A stretch of DNA of 61,711 bases, filler included. It is 4 parts of 4 records of this genome, joined end to end, with 100 filler letters (N's around TTAATTAATTAA, not from the genome) between each part and the next. Parts side by side here need not be neighbours in the genome. Positions count along the whole stretch, not along the records: positions 1 to 26,621 come from DRR723986_4780; 3 more parts are not named here. One strand, given 5' to 3'. A program made the position numbers and the translations under genes. Positions 10,006-20,706 of this stretch are shown here, piece after piece. The notes under the pieces were generated by a model. It did no database searches. It was not told the origin of the DNA and worked only from the letters and a program-made list of their open reading frames with translations. Numbering within the stretch: the first letter of the stretch is position 1; every line of letters begins with the position of its first letter.

Positions 10006-10983
10006 ATGACTGAGGGATTCCAAAACCGGGCCGGGCTGGCCATTGCATTTGTATTGGGCGGGGTCGCAGCGATTTCGGTTAATGATATGCTGATCAAACA
10101 GCTGTCAGGCGGGTATCCCTTGCATCAGATTGTCTTTTCCCGATCCGCCATTGGCATCCTGTTCAGTTTGATTTTCGTCAAGATCGAAGGCGGCTGGCAT
10201 CTGCTGAAAACCGATCAACCTGCCTTGCACATTTTGCGCGGCTTGCTGGTGGTTGTGGCCAATATGACTTTCTTTGTTGCGCTGGCCGCCTTGCCACTGG
10301 CCGATGCGACCGCATTGTTCTTTGCCGCACCTTTGTTCATCACCCTTCTGTCCATTCCGATGTTGGGTGAAAAGGTTGGCCCGATCCGAATGGCCGCGGT
10401 ATTTGTCGGTTTCATCGGTGTGGTGATCATGCAGCGACCATGGGCAGGCACCGAGACATTGCAGGCCTCGCGGTTGGTTCTGTTGATGCCGATCATCGCC
10501 GCGCTGACTTATGCCCTGAACCAGCTTTTGACCCGCAAGCTGGGCGTCAAGGCCAAGGCATCGGTGCTGTCGGTCTACATCCAGGCAGTATTTATCGTGG
10601 TCTCTGCCGGGTTTTTCCTCGTGGCAGGGGATGGCCGGTTTGCCGAAGAAACTGCCAATCCTTCGGTGCAATTCCTGCTGCGGGCTTGGGTCTGGCCACC
10701 GCAAGAAGACTGGCTGGTTTTTGGCGGTCTGGGCCTAAACGCCGCGATCATCGGCTATGCGTTGAGCCAGGCCTACAGGCTGGCCGATGCCGCCACTGTC
10801 GCCCCGTTTGAATACGTTGGCCTGCCGCTGGCGGTATTCTGGGGCTTGGTGATCTTTGGCGACTTGCCCGAATGGGAGGTCTGGGTGGGCATCGCCTTGA
10901 TCATCGGATCTGGCCTTTTCGTTTTCCTGCGCGAACGGCAGAAGGCGCGTCAGGTCAAAGGCCGCGTGCGTGGCCGGTTCTAA
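10006..10983 (+). CDS. DMT (EamA) family transporter
   Basis: Ten hydrophobic segments, LGEKVGPIR, VAPFEY motifs. Confidence 0.9.
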   Translation: MTEGFQNRAGLAIAFVLGGVAAISVNDMLIKQLSGGYPLHQIVFSRSAIGILFSLIFVKIEGGWHLLKTDQPALHILRGLLVVVANMTFFVALAALPLADATALFFAAPLFITLLSIPMLGEKVGPIRMAAVFVGFIGVVIMQRPWAGTETLQASRLVLLMPIIAALTYALNQLLTRKLGVKAKASVLSVYIQAVFIVVSAGFFLVAGDGRFAEETANPSVQFLLRAWVWPPQEDWLVFGGLGLNAAIIGYALSQAYRLADAATVAPFEYVGLPLAVFWGLVIFGDLPEWEVWVGIALIIGSGLFVFLRERQKARQVKGRVRGRF

Positions 10984-10986
10984 GCG

Positions 10987-11949
10987 TTACGCAACCTGCA
11001 CCACCACTTTCCCCGTGGCCTTGCGACCGCGCAGCAATTCCAGCGCCTCATTGGCTTGATCCAACGGCAGCACATGACTGACGTGCGGCTTGACCTTGCC
11101 TGCCACATACCAATCAAACAACGTCTTGAAACTGTCCGTCAGCACCGCCGGATTGATCCGCGCATAACCGCCCCAATAAAGCCCAAGCACGGTGAGATTT
11201 TTCACCAAGAGGATATTTGCCGGGATCTGAGGCACTTCACCAGAGGCAAAGCCAAGCGGCAGGATACGCGCCTCGGGGTTGCAGGCCCGCATGGCCGCTT
11301 TGAACTGATCACCGCCGATCGGGTCATAAACCACATCCGCACCACCCAGCGATTTGACGATCTCGCGAATGTCATCGGTTTCCGAGTTGATCAGGTGGTC
11401 TGCACCGGCCTTGCGGCAGATCTCAAGCTTTTCCGCGCCGCGTGCGCAAGCGATCACCTCTGCGCCCATCAGCTTGCCCAGCTCCACCGCCGTAAGGCCA
11501 ACGCCGCCCGATGCCCCCAGAACCAACAGACGTTCCCCCGGCTTCAGCCGCGCCTTGTAGTCCAGCCCCACGTGGCTGGTGCCATATGCAATGAGGAAAG
11601 CCGCCGCATCAACCGCGTTCATCTCATCGGGGATCGGCACGCAGATCTCGGCGGGGATCGCCACATATTCCCCCAGACCGCCCTGCCCGGTGTAGGCCGC
11701 AATCTTTTGCCCCACCGCCAGATGATCCACCCCCACGCCCAATGCGGTGATCTCACCGGCCAGTTCCAAGCCCGGCGCATAGGGCAGCGCGGGCTTTTCC
11801 TGATAGGTGCCTTTGATCGACAACAGATCGGCAAAGTTCAAACCGCAGGTCTCTACCTTGACCAACACCTCACCTGCCTCTGGCGCGGGCATGGGCACGT
11901 CCTGCAAACTGAGCGGGGTGTTGTAGGCGGTGATTTGCATTGCACGCAT
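10987..11949 (-). CDS. NADPH:quinone oxidoreductase (MDR family)
   Basis: GLNFADLL, PGLELAG, LVLGASGGVG, ATGKVVV; start moved to ATG 11949. Confidence 0.92.
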   Translation of the reverse strand: MRAMQITAYNTPLSLQDVPMPAPEAGEVLVKVETCGLNFADLLSIKGTYQEKPALPYAPGLELAGEITALGVGVDHLAVGQKIAAYTGQGGLGEYVAIPAEICVPIPDEMNAVDAAAFLIAYGTSHVGLDYKARLKPGERLLVLGASGGVGLTAVELGKLMGAEVIACARGAEKLEICRKAGADHLINSETDDIREIVKSLGGADVVYDPIGGDQFKAAMRACNPEARILPLGFASGEVPQIPANILLVKNLTVLGLYWGGYARINPAVLTDSFKTLFDWYVAGKVKPHVSHVLPLDQANEALELLRGRKATGKVVVQVA

Positions 11950-12172
11950 GTTTGATCCTTCCGAAGTTCCCCGCAAAAGGCCAGAGCGCGGCATTTTTGG
12001 CAAGGGTTCACCCCGCCCCTGCTGCGCAAAACCCTGCGACAGATCGCGGCAGATCACCCGCCAAACGGGTCAATTGATGGTTTTGTGACAAATCTGTTCG
12101 GTTTCCCTTGAGAAAACCCTTAAACTGAACCAGATAAAGGCAATCTTTCAGGCCCCAAGATCAGGAGTTCGC

Positions 12173-15046
12173 GTGTCCCTCTTCCTTGTCGTTGCCCTCC
12201 CATTTCTGGGGGCCTTGCTACCCGGTTTGATGAATTCCGCCGGCCGTCAGGCCTGTGCGGGCGTGACCTTTACCGTCACTTTGGCAGCCCTCGTCGGCCT
12301 CATGACCAACCTGCCTGCGGTTCTGGCCGGAGAGGTCGTGACCACCGGCGTTAATTGGCTGCCGATGCTGGGTCTCAACGTGAACCTGATGTTGGACGGA
12401 CTCGGCTTTTTCTTTGCCAGCCTGATCCTGGGTATTGGTCTGCTGATCATCGCCTATGCGCGGTATTATCTGGCACGTGAAGACAACATGGGTGAGTTTT
12501 TCACCTATCTTCTGCTGTTCCAAGGCGCGATGGTCGGCATTGTCCTAAGCGATAACATACTGCTTTTGCTGGTATTTTGGGAACTTACCTCACTGTCTTC
12601 TTTCCTTTTGATCGGCTATTGGAAACATCTGCCCGAAGGGCGTCAGGGCGCCCGCATGGCACTGACCGTAACTGGAATGGGCGGGCTGGCAATGATCGGT
12701 GGCATGCTGATCCTTGGTCAGATTGTTGGCAGCTACGACCTCAGCGTGATCTTGCAGAACCGCGAGTTGATCCAAAACTCGCCGCTGTATCTGCCAGCGT
12801 TGTTGTTGATCCTGCTGGGCTGTTTCACCAAGTCCGCACAGTTTCCGTTCCATTTCTGGCTGCCGCACGCCATGGCCGCGCCCACGCCGGTCTCTGCCTA
12901 TCTGCACTCCGCCACCATGGTCAAAGCCGGGATTTTCCTTATGGCGCGGATGTGGCCAGTGCTGGCGGGCACGCCAGAGTGGTTCTTGATCGTCACCACC
13001 GCTGGTCTGATCACCATGGTTCTGGGTGCGGTGATCGCGCTCTTTAAACATGATCTGAAGGCGCTGCTGGCCTTTTCCACCGTGAGCCATCTGGGCCTGA
13101 TCACGATGCTGCTTGGCACGGGCACTGCCTTTGGCGCCATGGCGGCGGTGTTCCATATTCTCAACCACGCCACGTTCAAAGCCGCGCTGTTCATGTCCGC
13201 CGGGATCATTGATCACGAGACCCATACCCGCGACATTCGCAGGCTGGGCGGGCTGCGCCATTTGATGCCTGTGACCTTTGTTATTGCCACGCTGGCGGCC
13301 CTGTCGATGGCGGGCATTCCCCTGCTGAACGGGTTCTTGTCCAAAGAAATGATGCTCGAAGAGGCGACCCATACCGCCCTTTTCAACACACCATGGCTGG
13401 TGCCTGCGCTGGCAACGGTTGGATCGCTGTTCTCTGCGGCCTATTGTTTCCGCCTGATCGGCCATACTTTCCTTGGTCCAAAGCGCGACGATTATCCCAG
13501 TGCGCCTCATGATCCCGGCCCCGGCCTGTGGCTGCCGCCTGCCATTCTGGTGGTGCTGGTCGTGGCCATCGGCGTCGCACCGTTTCTGGCGGAGCCGCTG
13601 GTCAAGCTTGTGACCTCTGCCGTTCTGGGCGAGGCTGCTGCCCTGCCCAAGGCGCATCTGAAAATCTGGCACGGGCTGACGCCGCCGCTCTATATGTCGG
13701 TTGTCGCGGTGCTGGGTGGTCTCATTCTGCTGATGCTTTATCGCCCGGCCCTGCGCCTGTGGGATGCCGCGCCCCGGCCCGAAGCCAAAACGATCTTTGA
13801 CGCAACCATCGCAAGCGCGGTTTCGCTGGCCCGCGGGATCATTCATCCCCTGCACAACGGCGCGTTTTCGCGGTATGCGGCCCTAATGGTCGTGACCGTC
13901 ATCGCCGCAGGCTATCATGCGTGGTCCACCGGCACATTGGGCGCGGCCACCCGTACCGTGCAACCCGCCGGAGCGGTTGAGATCGCCGCCTGGGTGATGC
14001 TGGTCGCGGCGACGGGCGGCTTGGTGTTCCTGCATCGCAATCGTCTGCTGGCGCTGATCCTGATCGGGATTGTCGGCCTGATGGTTTCGGTCGGCTTTGT
14101 CTTCTTCAGCGCACCGGATCTGGCCATGACCCAGATCACGGTTGAGGTTGTCTCCATCATCCTGCTGTTGCTGGCGCTGAATTTCCTGCCCAACCGCACC
14201 CCGGTCGAAAGCACGGTTCTGCGCCGCACCCGCGACGCGCTGGTGGCCATCGCGGGCGGTCTGGCGACACTGGCGATGTCATATCATTTCCTGCTGCGCG
14301 AGGCCGTCACCTCGCCCATCTCCGAATATCACCTCGCCAATTCCTACAAGGGTGGCGGCGGCACCAATGTGGTGAACGTGATTCTGGTGGATTTCCGGGG
14401 CTTTGACACCTTTGGCGAGATTATCGTGCTGGGGATTGCCGCCTTGCTCATCTATGCGCTCACGGAAACGTTGCTGGATGGTCCGGTCCGGGCACGGCTG
14501 TTGAACCGCAAACCGGATCAACCCCGCGCGGGTGATATGCATCCCACGATGATGGTGGTCCTCACCCGCGTGATGATGCCCGTGGTCCTGATGGTGGGTT
14601 TCTACATCTTCTGGCGCGGCCACAATGAGCCGGGCGGCGGGTTTATTGCCGGGCTCGTGGTCTCCATCGCGGTGGTGATGCAATATATGGCCAGCGGCTT
14701 TTCCTGGACCTCGGCGCGGCTGCGCTATCCCTATCACGGGGTGATTGGCGCGGGCGTTTTGACGGCGGGCCTGACCGGGATCGGGTCGTGGTTTGTCGGT
14801 AAACCTTTCCTGACCTCCGATTTCACCTATGTGCGCATTCCGCCTTTCGAAAAATTTGAACTGGCCACAGCGGCCCTGTTCGATCTGGGCGTTTTCCTCG
14901 CGGTTGTTGGCGCAGTCATGCTGTCGCTGGAAAGCTTCTCAAGGCTGGCGCGGCGCAGGGATGTCCAAGACAGCGAACACCCGATGGACATTGACCCCTC
15001 CCGCGATCCCGCCGATGTCACCAACCCCGCGAAAGAAGGAGCATAA
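12173..15046 (+). CDS. mrpA: monovalent cation/H+ antiporter subunit A (MrpA-MrpB fusion, PhaA/B)
   Basis: FWELTS, KSAQFPFHFWLP.AMAAPTPVSAYLHSATMVKAG, DFRGFDTFGE, and a C-terminal MrpB part GHNEPGGGFIAGL. Confidence 0.96.
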   Translation: MSLFLVVALPFLGALLPGLMNSAGRQACAGVTFTVTLAALVGLMTNLPAVLAGEVVTTGVNWLPMLGLNVNLMLDGLGFFFASLILGIGLLIIAYARYYLAREDNMGEFFTYLLLFQGAMVGIVLSDNILLLLVFWELTSLSSFLLIGYWKHLPEGRQGARMALTVTGMGGLAMIGGMLILGQIVGSYDLSVILQNRELIQNSPLYLPALLLILLGCFTKSAQFPFHFWLPHAMAAPTPVSAYLHSATMVKAGIFLMARMWPVLAGTPEWFLIVTTAGLITMVLGAVIALFKHDLKALLAFSTVSHLGLITMLLGTGTAFGAMAAVFHILNHATFKAALFMSAGIIDHETHTRDIRRLGGLRHLMPVTFVIATLAALSMAGIPLLNGFLSKEMMLEEATHTALFNTPWLVPALATVGSLFSAAYCFRLIGHTFLGPKRDDYPSAPHDPGPGLWLPPAILVVLVVAIGVAPFLAEPLVKLVTSAVLGEAAALPKAHLKIWHGLTPPLYMSVVAVLGGLILLMLYRPALRLWDAAPRPEAKTIFDATIASAVSLARGIIHPLHNGAFSRYAALMVVTVIAAGYHAWSTGTLGAATRTVQPAGAVEIAAWVMLVAATGGLVFLHRNRLLALILIGIVGLMVSVGFVFFSAPDLAMTQITVEVVSIILLLLALNFLPNRTPVESTVLRRTRDALVAIAGGLATLAMSYHFLLREAVTSPISEYHLANSYKGGGGTNVVNVILVDFRGFDTFGEIIVLGIAALLIYALTETLLDGPVRARLLNRKPDQPRAGDMHPTMMVVLTRVMMPVVLMVGFYIFWRGHNEPGGGFIAGLVVSIAVVMQYMASGFSWTSARLRYPYHGVIGAGVLTAGLTGIGSWFVGKPFLTSDFTYVRIPPFEKFELATAALFDLGVFLAVVGAVMLSLESFSRLARRRDVQDSEHPMDIDPSRDPADVTNPAKEGA

Positions 15047-15047
15047 C

Positions 15048-15404
15048 ATGGAACTTCTTGTTGCCTGCGCCATCGGCATTCTGACCGCTGCGGGTATCTA
15101 TCTGGTGCTGCGTTTGCGCAGCTTTCCTGTGATCATCGGCATGTCCCTGCTGACCTATGCCGTGAACGTCTTTTTGTTCGCCTCGGGCCGGTTGACCGTT
15201 GGCGCACCGCCAATCCTGAGCGATGCCGCCAGCTATACCGATCCGCTGCCGCAGGCGCTTGTCCTCACCGCGATTGTGATCTCTTTTGGGATGACCGCCG
15301 TTGTGGTGATGATCGCGCTTGGCGCCTATCTGGGCGCAGATGACGATCACGTAGACGATCAAGCCCCGCCCGAGGCGGACCTCAAAGCGGAGGACGCGAC
15401 ATGA
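15048..15404 (+). CDS. mrpC: Mrp antiporter subunit C
   Basis: DPLPQALVLTAIVISF motif; ATG 15048 with AAGGAG RBS. Confidence 0.95.
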   Translation: MELLVACAIGILTAAGIYLVLRLRSFPVIIGMSLLTYAVNVFLFASGRLTVGAPPILSDAASYTDPLPQALVLTAIVISFGMTAVVVMIALGAYLGADDDHVDDQAPPEADLKAEDAT

Positions 15405-16948
15405 CCCATTGGATCATTGCCCCCGTTGTCCTGCCCGCGCTGCTGGCCCCGTTTATCGTGCTGGCGGCCCGTTATCACATTGGCATCCAGCGGGTGTTCT
15501 CTGTGGCGGGGGTGCTGTCGCTGATCGCGATTGCCGCCGGACTGGCATGGCAAGCCTCGGATGGAACGATCATCCTCTACCAGCTCAGCGATTGGGCCGC
15601 GCCCTTTGGCATTGTGCTGGTCGGCGACCGGCTTTCGACCCTGATGATATTGCTCACGGCGGCGCTGGCGCTTTGCGTGATCTTCTATGCCATTGGATCA
15701 GGCTGGGACAATCGCGGCTGGCATTTTCATGCGCTCTTTCAGTTTCAGCTGATGGGGATCATGGGTGCTTTTCTCACTGGCGACCTGTTTAACCTGTTCG
15801 TGTTTTTCGAAGTGTTGCTGATCGCCTCTTACGGGCTGATGATCCATGGGGGCGGCAACCTGCGCCTGCGGGCTGGGGTGCAATATGTGCTGTTCAACCT
15901 GCTTGGCTCGACCCTGTTCCTTTTTGCCCTTGGCGCGATCTACGCCGAAACCGGCACACTGAACATGGCCGATCTGGCCCAGCGTGTGGCGCTGATTGAT
16001 CCTGCCGCGTCCGTTGGTATCCGCATTGCGTCTGTCATGCTGCTGCTGGTGTTTGCGATCAAGGCGGCAGTGGTGCCGCTGCACTTCTGGCTTCCCTCAA
16101 GCTATGCCGAGGCGCCCGCCCCCGTTGCCGCCCTGTTTGCGATCATGACCAAGGTTGGCGCCTATGCGATCATCCGGGTCTATACCATGATCTTTGCCCC
16201 CGATCTGGATGTGACTGCGGGCCTGCACGGGCTGTGGCTTCTGCCTGCTGCGCTGGTCTCGCTGGCGCTGGGGATGATCGGCGTGCTGGCGGCTCGCAAG
16301 CTGGACCGGTTGGTGGCCTTTGCGGTGATCGGGTCGATGGGGATGGTGATGATCTCCATCTCGCTGTTCAGTCAGGCGGGCATTGCCGCAGCGCTGTATT
16401 ACATCGTGCATTCGACATTGGCGGCGGCGGCGTTGTTCCTGATCTGCGATCTGGTGCGCACAGGCCGCGCCCATCTGAACCTCACAGCAGCGCCGCCTGT
16501 CTCGGGTGCCGCCTTGACCGCTGCACTGTTCTTTGTCGCGGCCATCGCGATGACGGGCCTGCCGCCGCTATCAGGTTTTGTTGGTAAGCTGATGATCCTC
16601 GATGCCGCCTTTGACACGCCGCTTGCGGTCTGGACCTGGGCGATCATCCTGTCCGCGAGCCTGATCAGCGTTGTCGGTTTTGCCCGCGCGGGCAGCGTTC
16701 TGTTCTGGAAAGCCAACGCCGAAACCCTGCCCGAGCACGAAGGCCAACTGCCCGCCCCCCGGCCAAGCGTTTTGTCCTTTTCCGCGGTTGGCGGGTTGCT
16801 GGCATTGCTGATCTTGCACACGGTTTTTGCCGGACCGGCCTATCGCTATGCCGATGCCACCGCCAATCAGCTGTTTGATCCAGCGCCCTATATCAACAAG
16901 GTATTGGGCACACCGGGCAAGCTGAGCACACCGAAGGAGGGCCATTAA
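15401..16948 (+). CDS. mrpD: Mrp antiporter subunit D
   Basis: TGDLFNLFVFFEVLLIASY, PLHFWLP, TKVGAY. Confidence 0.95.
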   Translation: MTHWIIAPVVLPALLAPFIVLAARYHIGIQRVFSVAGVLSLIAIAAGLAWQASDGTIILYQLSDWAAPFGIVLVGDRLSTLMILLTAALALCVIFYAIGSGWDNRGWHFHALFQFQLMGIMGAFLTGDLFNLFVFFEVLLIASYGLMIHGGGNLRLRAGVQYVLFNLLGSTLFLFALGAIYAETGTLNMADLAQRVALIDPAASVGIRIASVMLLLVFAIKAAVVPLHFWLPSSYAEAPAPVAALFAIMTKVGAYAIIRVYTMIFAPDLDVTAGLHGLWLLPAALVSLALGMIGVLAARKLDRLVAFAVIGSMGMVMISISLFSQAGIAAALYYIVHSTLAAAALFLICDLVRTGRAHLNLTAAPPVSGAALTAALFFVAAIAMTGLPPLSGFVGKLMILDAAFDTPLAVWTWAIILSASLISVVGFARAGSVLFWKANAETLPEHEGQLPAPRPSVLSFSAVGGLLALLILHTVFAGPAYRYADATANQLFDPAPYINKVLGTPGKLSTPKEGH

Positions 16949-16949
16949 C

Positions 16950-17450
16950 ATGCTGATGCGCGCCTATCGCTGGCTGTTTCCACATCCGTTGTTGACGCTG
17001 CTTCTGGCGTTGATCTGGATCCTGCTGCAAAATGAGTTTTCTGCCGGTATGGCCGTCTTTGGCCTGATCCTTGGTGTTCTGATCCCGCGCCTGACTGCCG
17101 TGTGGTGGCCGGACCGTCCGGTCCGGTTTCACCTTGGCAATATGGCGAGCTACCTGATCATTGTTCTGTGGGACATTCTGGTGGCCAATGTGCAGGTGGC
17201 ATGGATCGTCCTGACAAAACCCAACTCAAAACTGCGGCCTGCCTGGATCATTATCCCGCTTGAGCTGCGCCAGCCCGAGGCGATTTCGGTTCTGGCCGGC
17301 ACAATAACCCTGACCCCCGGCACCGTCTCGGCAGATCTGTCCGACGAAGGGCACAGCCTGCTGGTCCATGTGCTGCACACCGACGATCCGGGCAGTGTCC
17401 GGGACGAGATCAAAGACCGCTATGAGCGCCGCCTGAAGGAGATTTTCTGA
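16950..17450 (+). CDS. mrpE: Mrp antiporter subunit E
   Basis: ITLTPGT motif, YERRLKEIF end; operon position. Confidence 0.94.
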   Translation: MLMRAYRWLFPHPLLTLLLALIWILLQNEFSAGMAVFGLILGVLIPRLTAVWWPDRPVRFHLGNMASYLIIVLWDILVANVQVAWIVLTKPNSKLRPAWIIIPLELRQPEAISVLAGTITLTPGTVSADLSDEGHSLLVHVLHTDDPGSVRDEIKDRYERRLKEIF

Positions 17451-17737
17451 TGGAAACCGCGATGCAATTCATGAACGCGGCAATGATCGCCGCCTTTGCG
17501 CTGGTGGCCCTGTCGCAAGTCTTGTCGATGGTGCGCCTTGTGATCGGGCCAAGCACCGGCGACCGCATTCTGGCGCTGGACACGATGGTGGTAAACGCCA
17601 TCGGGTTGATCATCCTGTTGGGCATTTCCCAAGGCAGCCGGATCTACTTTGAGGTGGCCTTGATCATCGCCATGCTCGGCTTTGTCTCAACCGTTGCCTA
17701 TGCGCGGTTCGTCCTGCGGGGGGATATCATCGAATGA
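17450..17737 (+). CDS. mrpF: Mrp antiporter subunit F
   Basis: GPSTGDRILALD motif, three TM segments. Confidence 0.94.
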   Translation: METAMQFMNAAMIAAFALVALSQVLSMVRLVIGPSTGDRILALDTMVVNAIGLIILLGISQGSRIYFEVALIIAMLGFVSTVAYARFVLRGDIIE

Positions 17738-18117
17738 CACTTGAAGTGATCGGAATATACGCTGTCGGCATCTGCCTGTTGATCGGGGCCGCCTTTGCCC
17801 TGATCGGGACCATTGGCCTGCTTAAGTTCAACGATTCCATGACCCGCCTGCATGCGCCGACCAAGGTCGGAACCATCGGCATTGGCGCATTGCTGCTGGC
17901 CTCAATGATCCACAGCTATGTCTTTGCGGACGGCTCGCTGCATGAATTGTTGATCATGGCGTTTCTGTTTGTGACCGCGCCAATCTCGGCCAATTTTATC
18001 GCCAAGGTGAACATCCACAAACGCACATGCGACACGCCCCCGTCGCCGCCGCAGGACGACATGTGGGCGACCCTGAACGTGCCAGAGGCCGACCGCGAGA
18101 TTGCCAAGGCAGAGTGA
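17734..18117 (+). CDS. mrpG: Mrp antiporter subunit G
   Basis: RLHAPTK, FLFVTAPISA motifs. Confidence 0.94.
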   Translation: MTLEVIGIYAVGICLLIGAAFALIGTIGLLKFNDSMTRLHAPTKVGTIGIGALLLASMIHSYVFADGSLHELLIMAFLFVTAPISANFIAKVNIHKRTCDTPPSPPQDDMWATLNVPEADREIAKAE

Positions 18118-18160
18118 TCGGTAGGCCCGGCATCTGCCCGGCCCACCCTTTGCCTGCTGT

Positions 18161-18934
18161 TTACCGGGGTGCCATGCGGATCGCGCCGTCAAGGCGGATC
18201 ACTTCACCGTTTAGCATCGGGTTGTCCAGAATGTGACAGACCAGTTTGGCGTATTCCGCAGGCTGGCCAAGGCGGGACGGGAACGGCACCTGTGCGCCCA
18301 GCGAATCCTGCACATCTTGCGGCAACCCTTCGAGAAGCGGCGTCAGGAACAGACCCGGTGCAATGGTGCAGACCCGCACGCCCTTGTCCGCCAGATCACG
18401 TGCCATCGGCAGAGTCATCCCCACGATGCCGCCTTTGGACGCGGCATAGGCCACCTGCCCCACCTGCCCTTCATAGGCCGCAACGGAGGCCGTGTTGATG
18501 ATCACACCGCGCTGGCCGTCAGGGGCCATCGGTTCGGCCCCGACCATGCCCGCCGCCGCCTCGGAGGCGCATTGGAACGATCCGATCAGGTTGATGCCGA
18601 CCACCTTGGAAAACAGCCCCGCATCATGGGCCTCGCCGCGCGACACGGTCTTGGCCGCCGGGCCGATCCCTGCGCAATTGACCAACACACGCGGCGTGCC
18701 CAATTGTTCGGTCACCGCGGCAAAGCCCGCCTTGACGCTGGCCGCATCCGACACATCAACCTTTTGAAAGATCCCGCCCAGTTCGGCAGCTTTGGCCTGC
18801 CCCTGCTCTTCGTTCAGATCAAAGATCGCGACTTTCAGGCCAGCCTCCGCCAGACCCTTTGCGCTGGCCGCGCCAAGACCTGACGCGCCACCGGTGACAA
18901 CCGCCACTGCATTTGCCCAGTTTTCCATATTCAT
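18161..18934 (-). CDS. 3-hydroxyacyl-CoA dehydrogenase type II (HSD10-like SDR)
   Basis: TGGASGLG, VNCAGI, YAASKGG, LNGEVIRLDGAIRM; start after AAGGAG RBS. Confidence 0.92.
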   Translation of the reverse strand: MNMENWANAVAVVTGGASGLGAASAKGLAEAGLKVAIFDLNEEQGQAKAAELGGIFQKVDVSDAASVKAGFAAVTEQLGTPRVLVNCAGIGPAAKTVSRGEAHDAGLFSKVVGINLIGSFQCASEAAAGMVGAEPMAPDGQRGVIINTASVAAYEGQVGQVAYAASKGGIVGMTLPMARDLADKGVRVCTIAPGLFLTPLLEGLPQDVQDSLGAQVPFPSRLGQPAEYAKLVCHILDNPMLNGEVIRLDGAIRMAPR

Positions 18935-18992
18935 ACTCTCCTTGCTTTGCCGATGTTGTGTGGCCCTGTGCCGCCAAAAGCAAGAGCAAGCC

Positions 18993-19838
18993 CTACCGCC
19001 GCGACAATAAGGACGCCAAACCAAGGATCGCGGAAACCACGATCAACAGCAGCGAGACCGCATTCAGAACGGGCGTTGACCCCTGTTTAAGCCGGTCAAA
19101 CATCGTCACCGTCAGCGGCGCATCCGAGCCCACCAGCATCAGCGTCGTGTTGAAATTCTCAAAGCTCATCAGCACCGCAACAACCGCCGCCGCAATCATC
19201 GCAGGCAACAGGAACGGCAGTGTCACCTGCCGGATCGCGCCCCATTTGGTCGCACCAAGGTTCAGCGCGGCCTCCTCCAGCGAGTGGTCGAATTTCTGCA
19301 ACCGGGCAGAGATCACCAGTGTTGCAAAGGTGGTGATAAAGGAAAACTGCCCGAGGATGACCAGGATCAAACCGGGGCGCAGCCCGTCAAACCACAGGCC
19401 CGTCGCCTCTTCCAGAGTGTTGGCGATACTGCTTGAGAACACAAGGATCGAAATCCCGAGGATGATCCCCGGAATGATCAGCGGCAGCAGCATCAGGATA
19501 TAAAGGAAATCCTTGCCCGCAAAGTCATGCCGCACAAACAGGAAGGCATTGCAGGTGCCCACCAGCACCGCCAGCCCCGACACCCAAACCGCAACAAAGG
19601 CCGATGTGCCAATGGACCGCAAGATGGGCCGCTCATGAAACACACCCAGACGCGGCGCTTCGGTGCCAAAGAACCAATCCCATGTGAACCCGTCCCATGG
19701 CAGCGAGGGAAAGACACTGTCGTTGAAGGCAAAGACACAGACCGTGATCAGTGGCAGCGCAAGATAGACAAAGAACAGCGTCACATAGGCCCGGTAGGTC
19801 CATTTGAAGCCGGACGATTGTGGAATACCCGTGATCAT
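18993..19838 (-). CDS. PotC-like ABC transporter permease
   Basis: EAA loop (LEEAALNLGA); part of a four-gene ABC operon. Confidence 0.9.
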   Translation of the reverse strand: MITGIPQSSGFKWTYRAYVTLFFVYLALPLITVCVFAFNDSVFPSLPWDGFTWDWFFGTEAPRLGVFHERPILRSIGTSAFVAVWVSGLAVLVGTCNAFLFVRHDFAGKDFLYILMLLPLIIPGIILGISILVFSSSIANTLEEATGLWFDGLRPGLILVILGQFSFITTFATLVISARLQKFDHSLEEAALNLGATKWGAIRQVTLPFLLPAMIAAAVVAVLMSFENFNTTLMLVGSDAPLTVTMFDRLKQGSTPVLNAVSLLLIVVSAILGLASLLSRR

Positions 19839-19839
19839 C

Positions 19840-20706
19840 TCAGCGCCCCATCGTCTTGCCCAGCGATTGGCCGGACAGTTTCAGTGCCAGAAAGACGATC
19901 AGCGAGGACAACCCCAGCAAAAGGAAGCCAAAGGCCGATCCCAGCTCCCAGTTAAAGCGGGTGATAAACTGATCATAAATCAGCCCGGTGAACCAAAGGC
20001 TGTCTTTCCCGCCCAGCAGGATGGGCGTCAGGTAATTGCCCAGCGACAGCATGAACACCACGATACAGCCCGATACGATACCGGGCATGGCATGGGGGAT
20101 CACGATCTCGCGCAGGATGCTAAAGCTGCTGCCGCCGAGGTCATAGCCGGCCTCGATCAGGCTGTCATCGAGGCTGTCCAGCGTGGTCACCAGCGGCACC
20201 ACCATGAACAGCATCGACGTATAGACCAGCCCCGTCATGATCGCCGCATCGTTATAAAGAAACTCAACCGGACCAGCCAGCACCCCGATATATTGCAAGA
20301 AGGAAGAGATCACACCGGTCTCGCGCAGCAGGATCATCCAGCCGAACGTGCGCACCAGCTCGCTCACCCAAAAGGGGATCAGGCACATCAGGAACAGGGT
20401 TGTCTTGGTCCGACCCCGTGTCAGCTTGGCGATGTAATAGGCCACCGGAAAACCGATCAGCAGGGTCAAAACCGTTGCCGTGATCGACATATAGGCGGTG
20501 CGCGCAAAGGTGTTCCAATAGAGCGGTTCGTTAAAGAACACCGCATAATTGGCAAGGCTGGTCTCATACTGCCGGATGCCGACCTTTTCCTGCAAAGACA
20601 CCAGAAACATGCCCACATGCGGCAAAACGATCAGCGTCATCAGCCAGATCGCGAGCGGGGCCATCAACAAGATCAACCCAAGGCGGGATTTGTCAGAGCC
20701 CATCAT
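19840..20706 (-). CDS. PotB-like ABC transporter permease
   Basis: IPFWVSELVRTFGW, LIEAGYDLG EAA loop. Confidence 0.9.
   Translation of the reverse strand: MMGSDKSRLGLILLMAPLAIWLMTLIVLPHVGMFLVSLQEKVGIRQYETSLANYAVFFNEPLYWNTFARTAYMSITATVLTLLIGFPVAYYIAKLTRGRTKTTLFLMCLIPFWVSELVRTFGWMILLRETGVISSFLQYIGVLAGPVEFLYNDAAIMTGLVYTSMLFMVVPLVTTLDSLDDSLIEAGYDLGGSSFSILREIVIPHAMPGIVSGCIVVFMLSLGNYLTPILLGGKDSLWFTGLIYDQFITRFNWELGSAFGFLLLGLSSLIVFLALKLSGQSLGKTMGR

Noticed and set aside
12035-12061. GCGACAGATC-GCGGCAGATC direct repeat upstream of mrpA as a RegA/PrrA site
   Set aside because: Short and GC-rich with a poor match to the inverted consensus; could be chance.
12173-15046. Missing mrpB and unusually long mrpA
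   Set aside because: The MrpA-MrpB fusion is the established group-2 (Pha-type) architecture.
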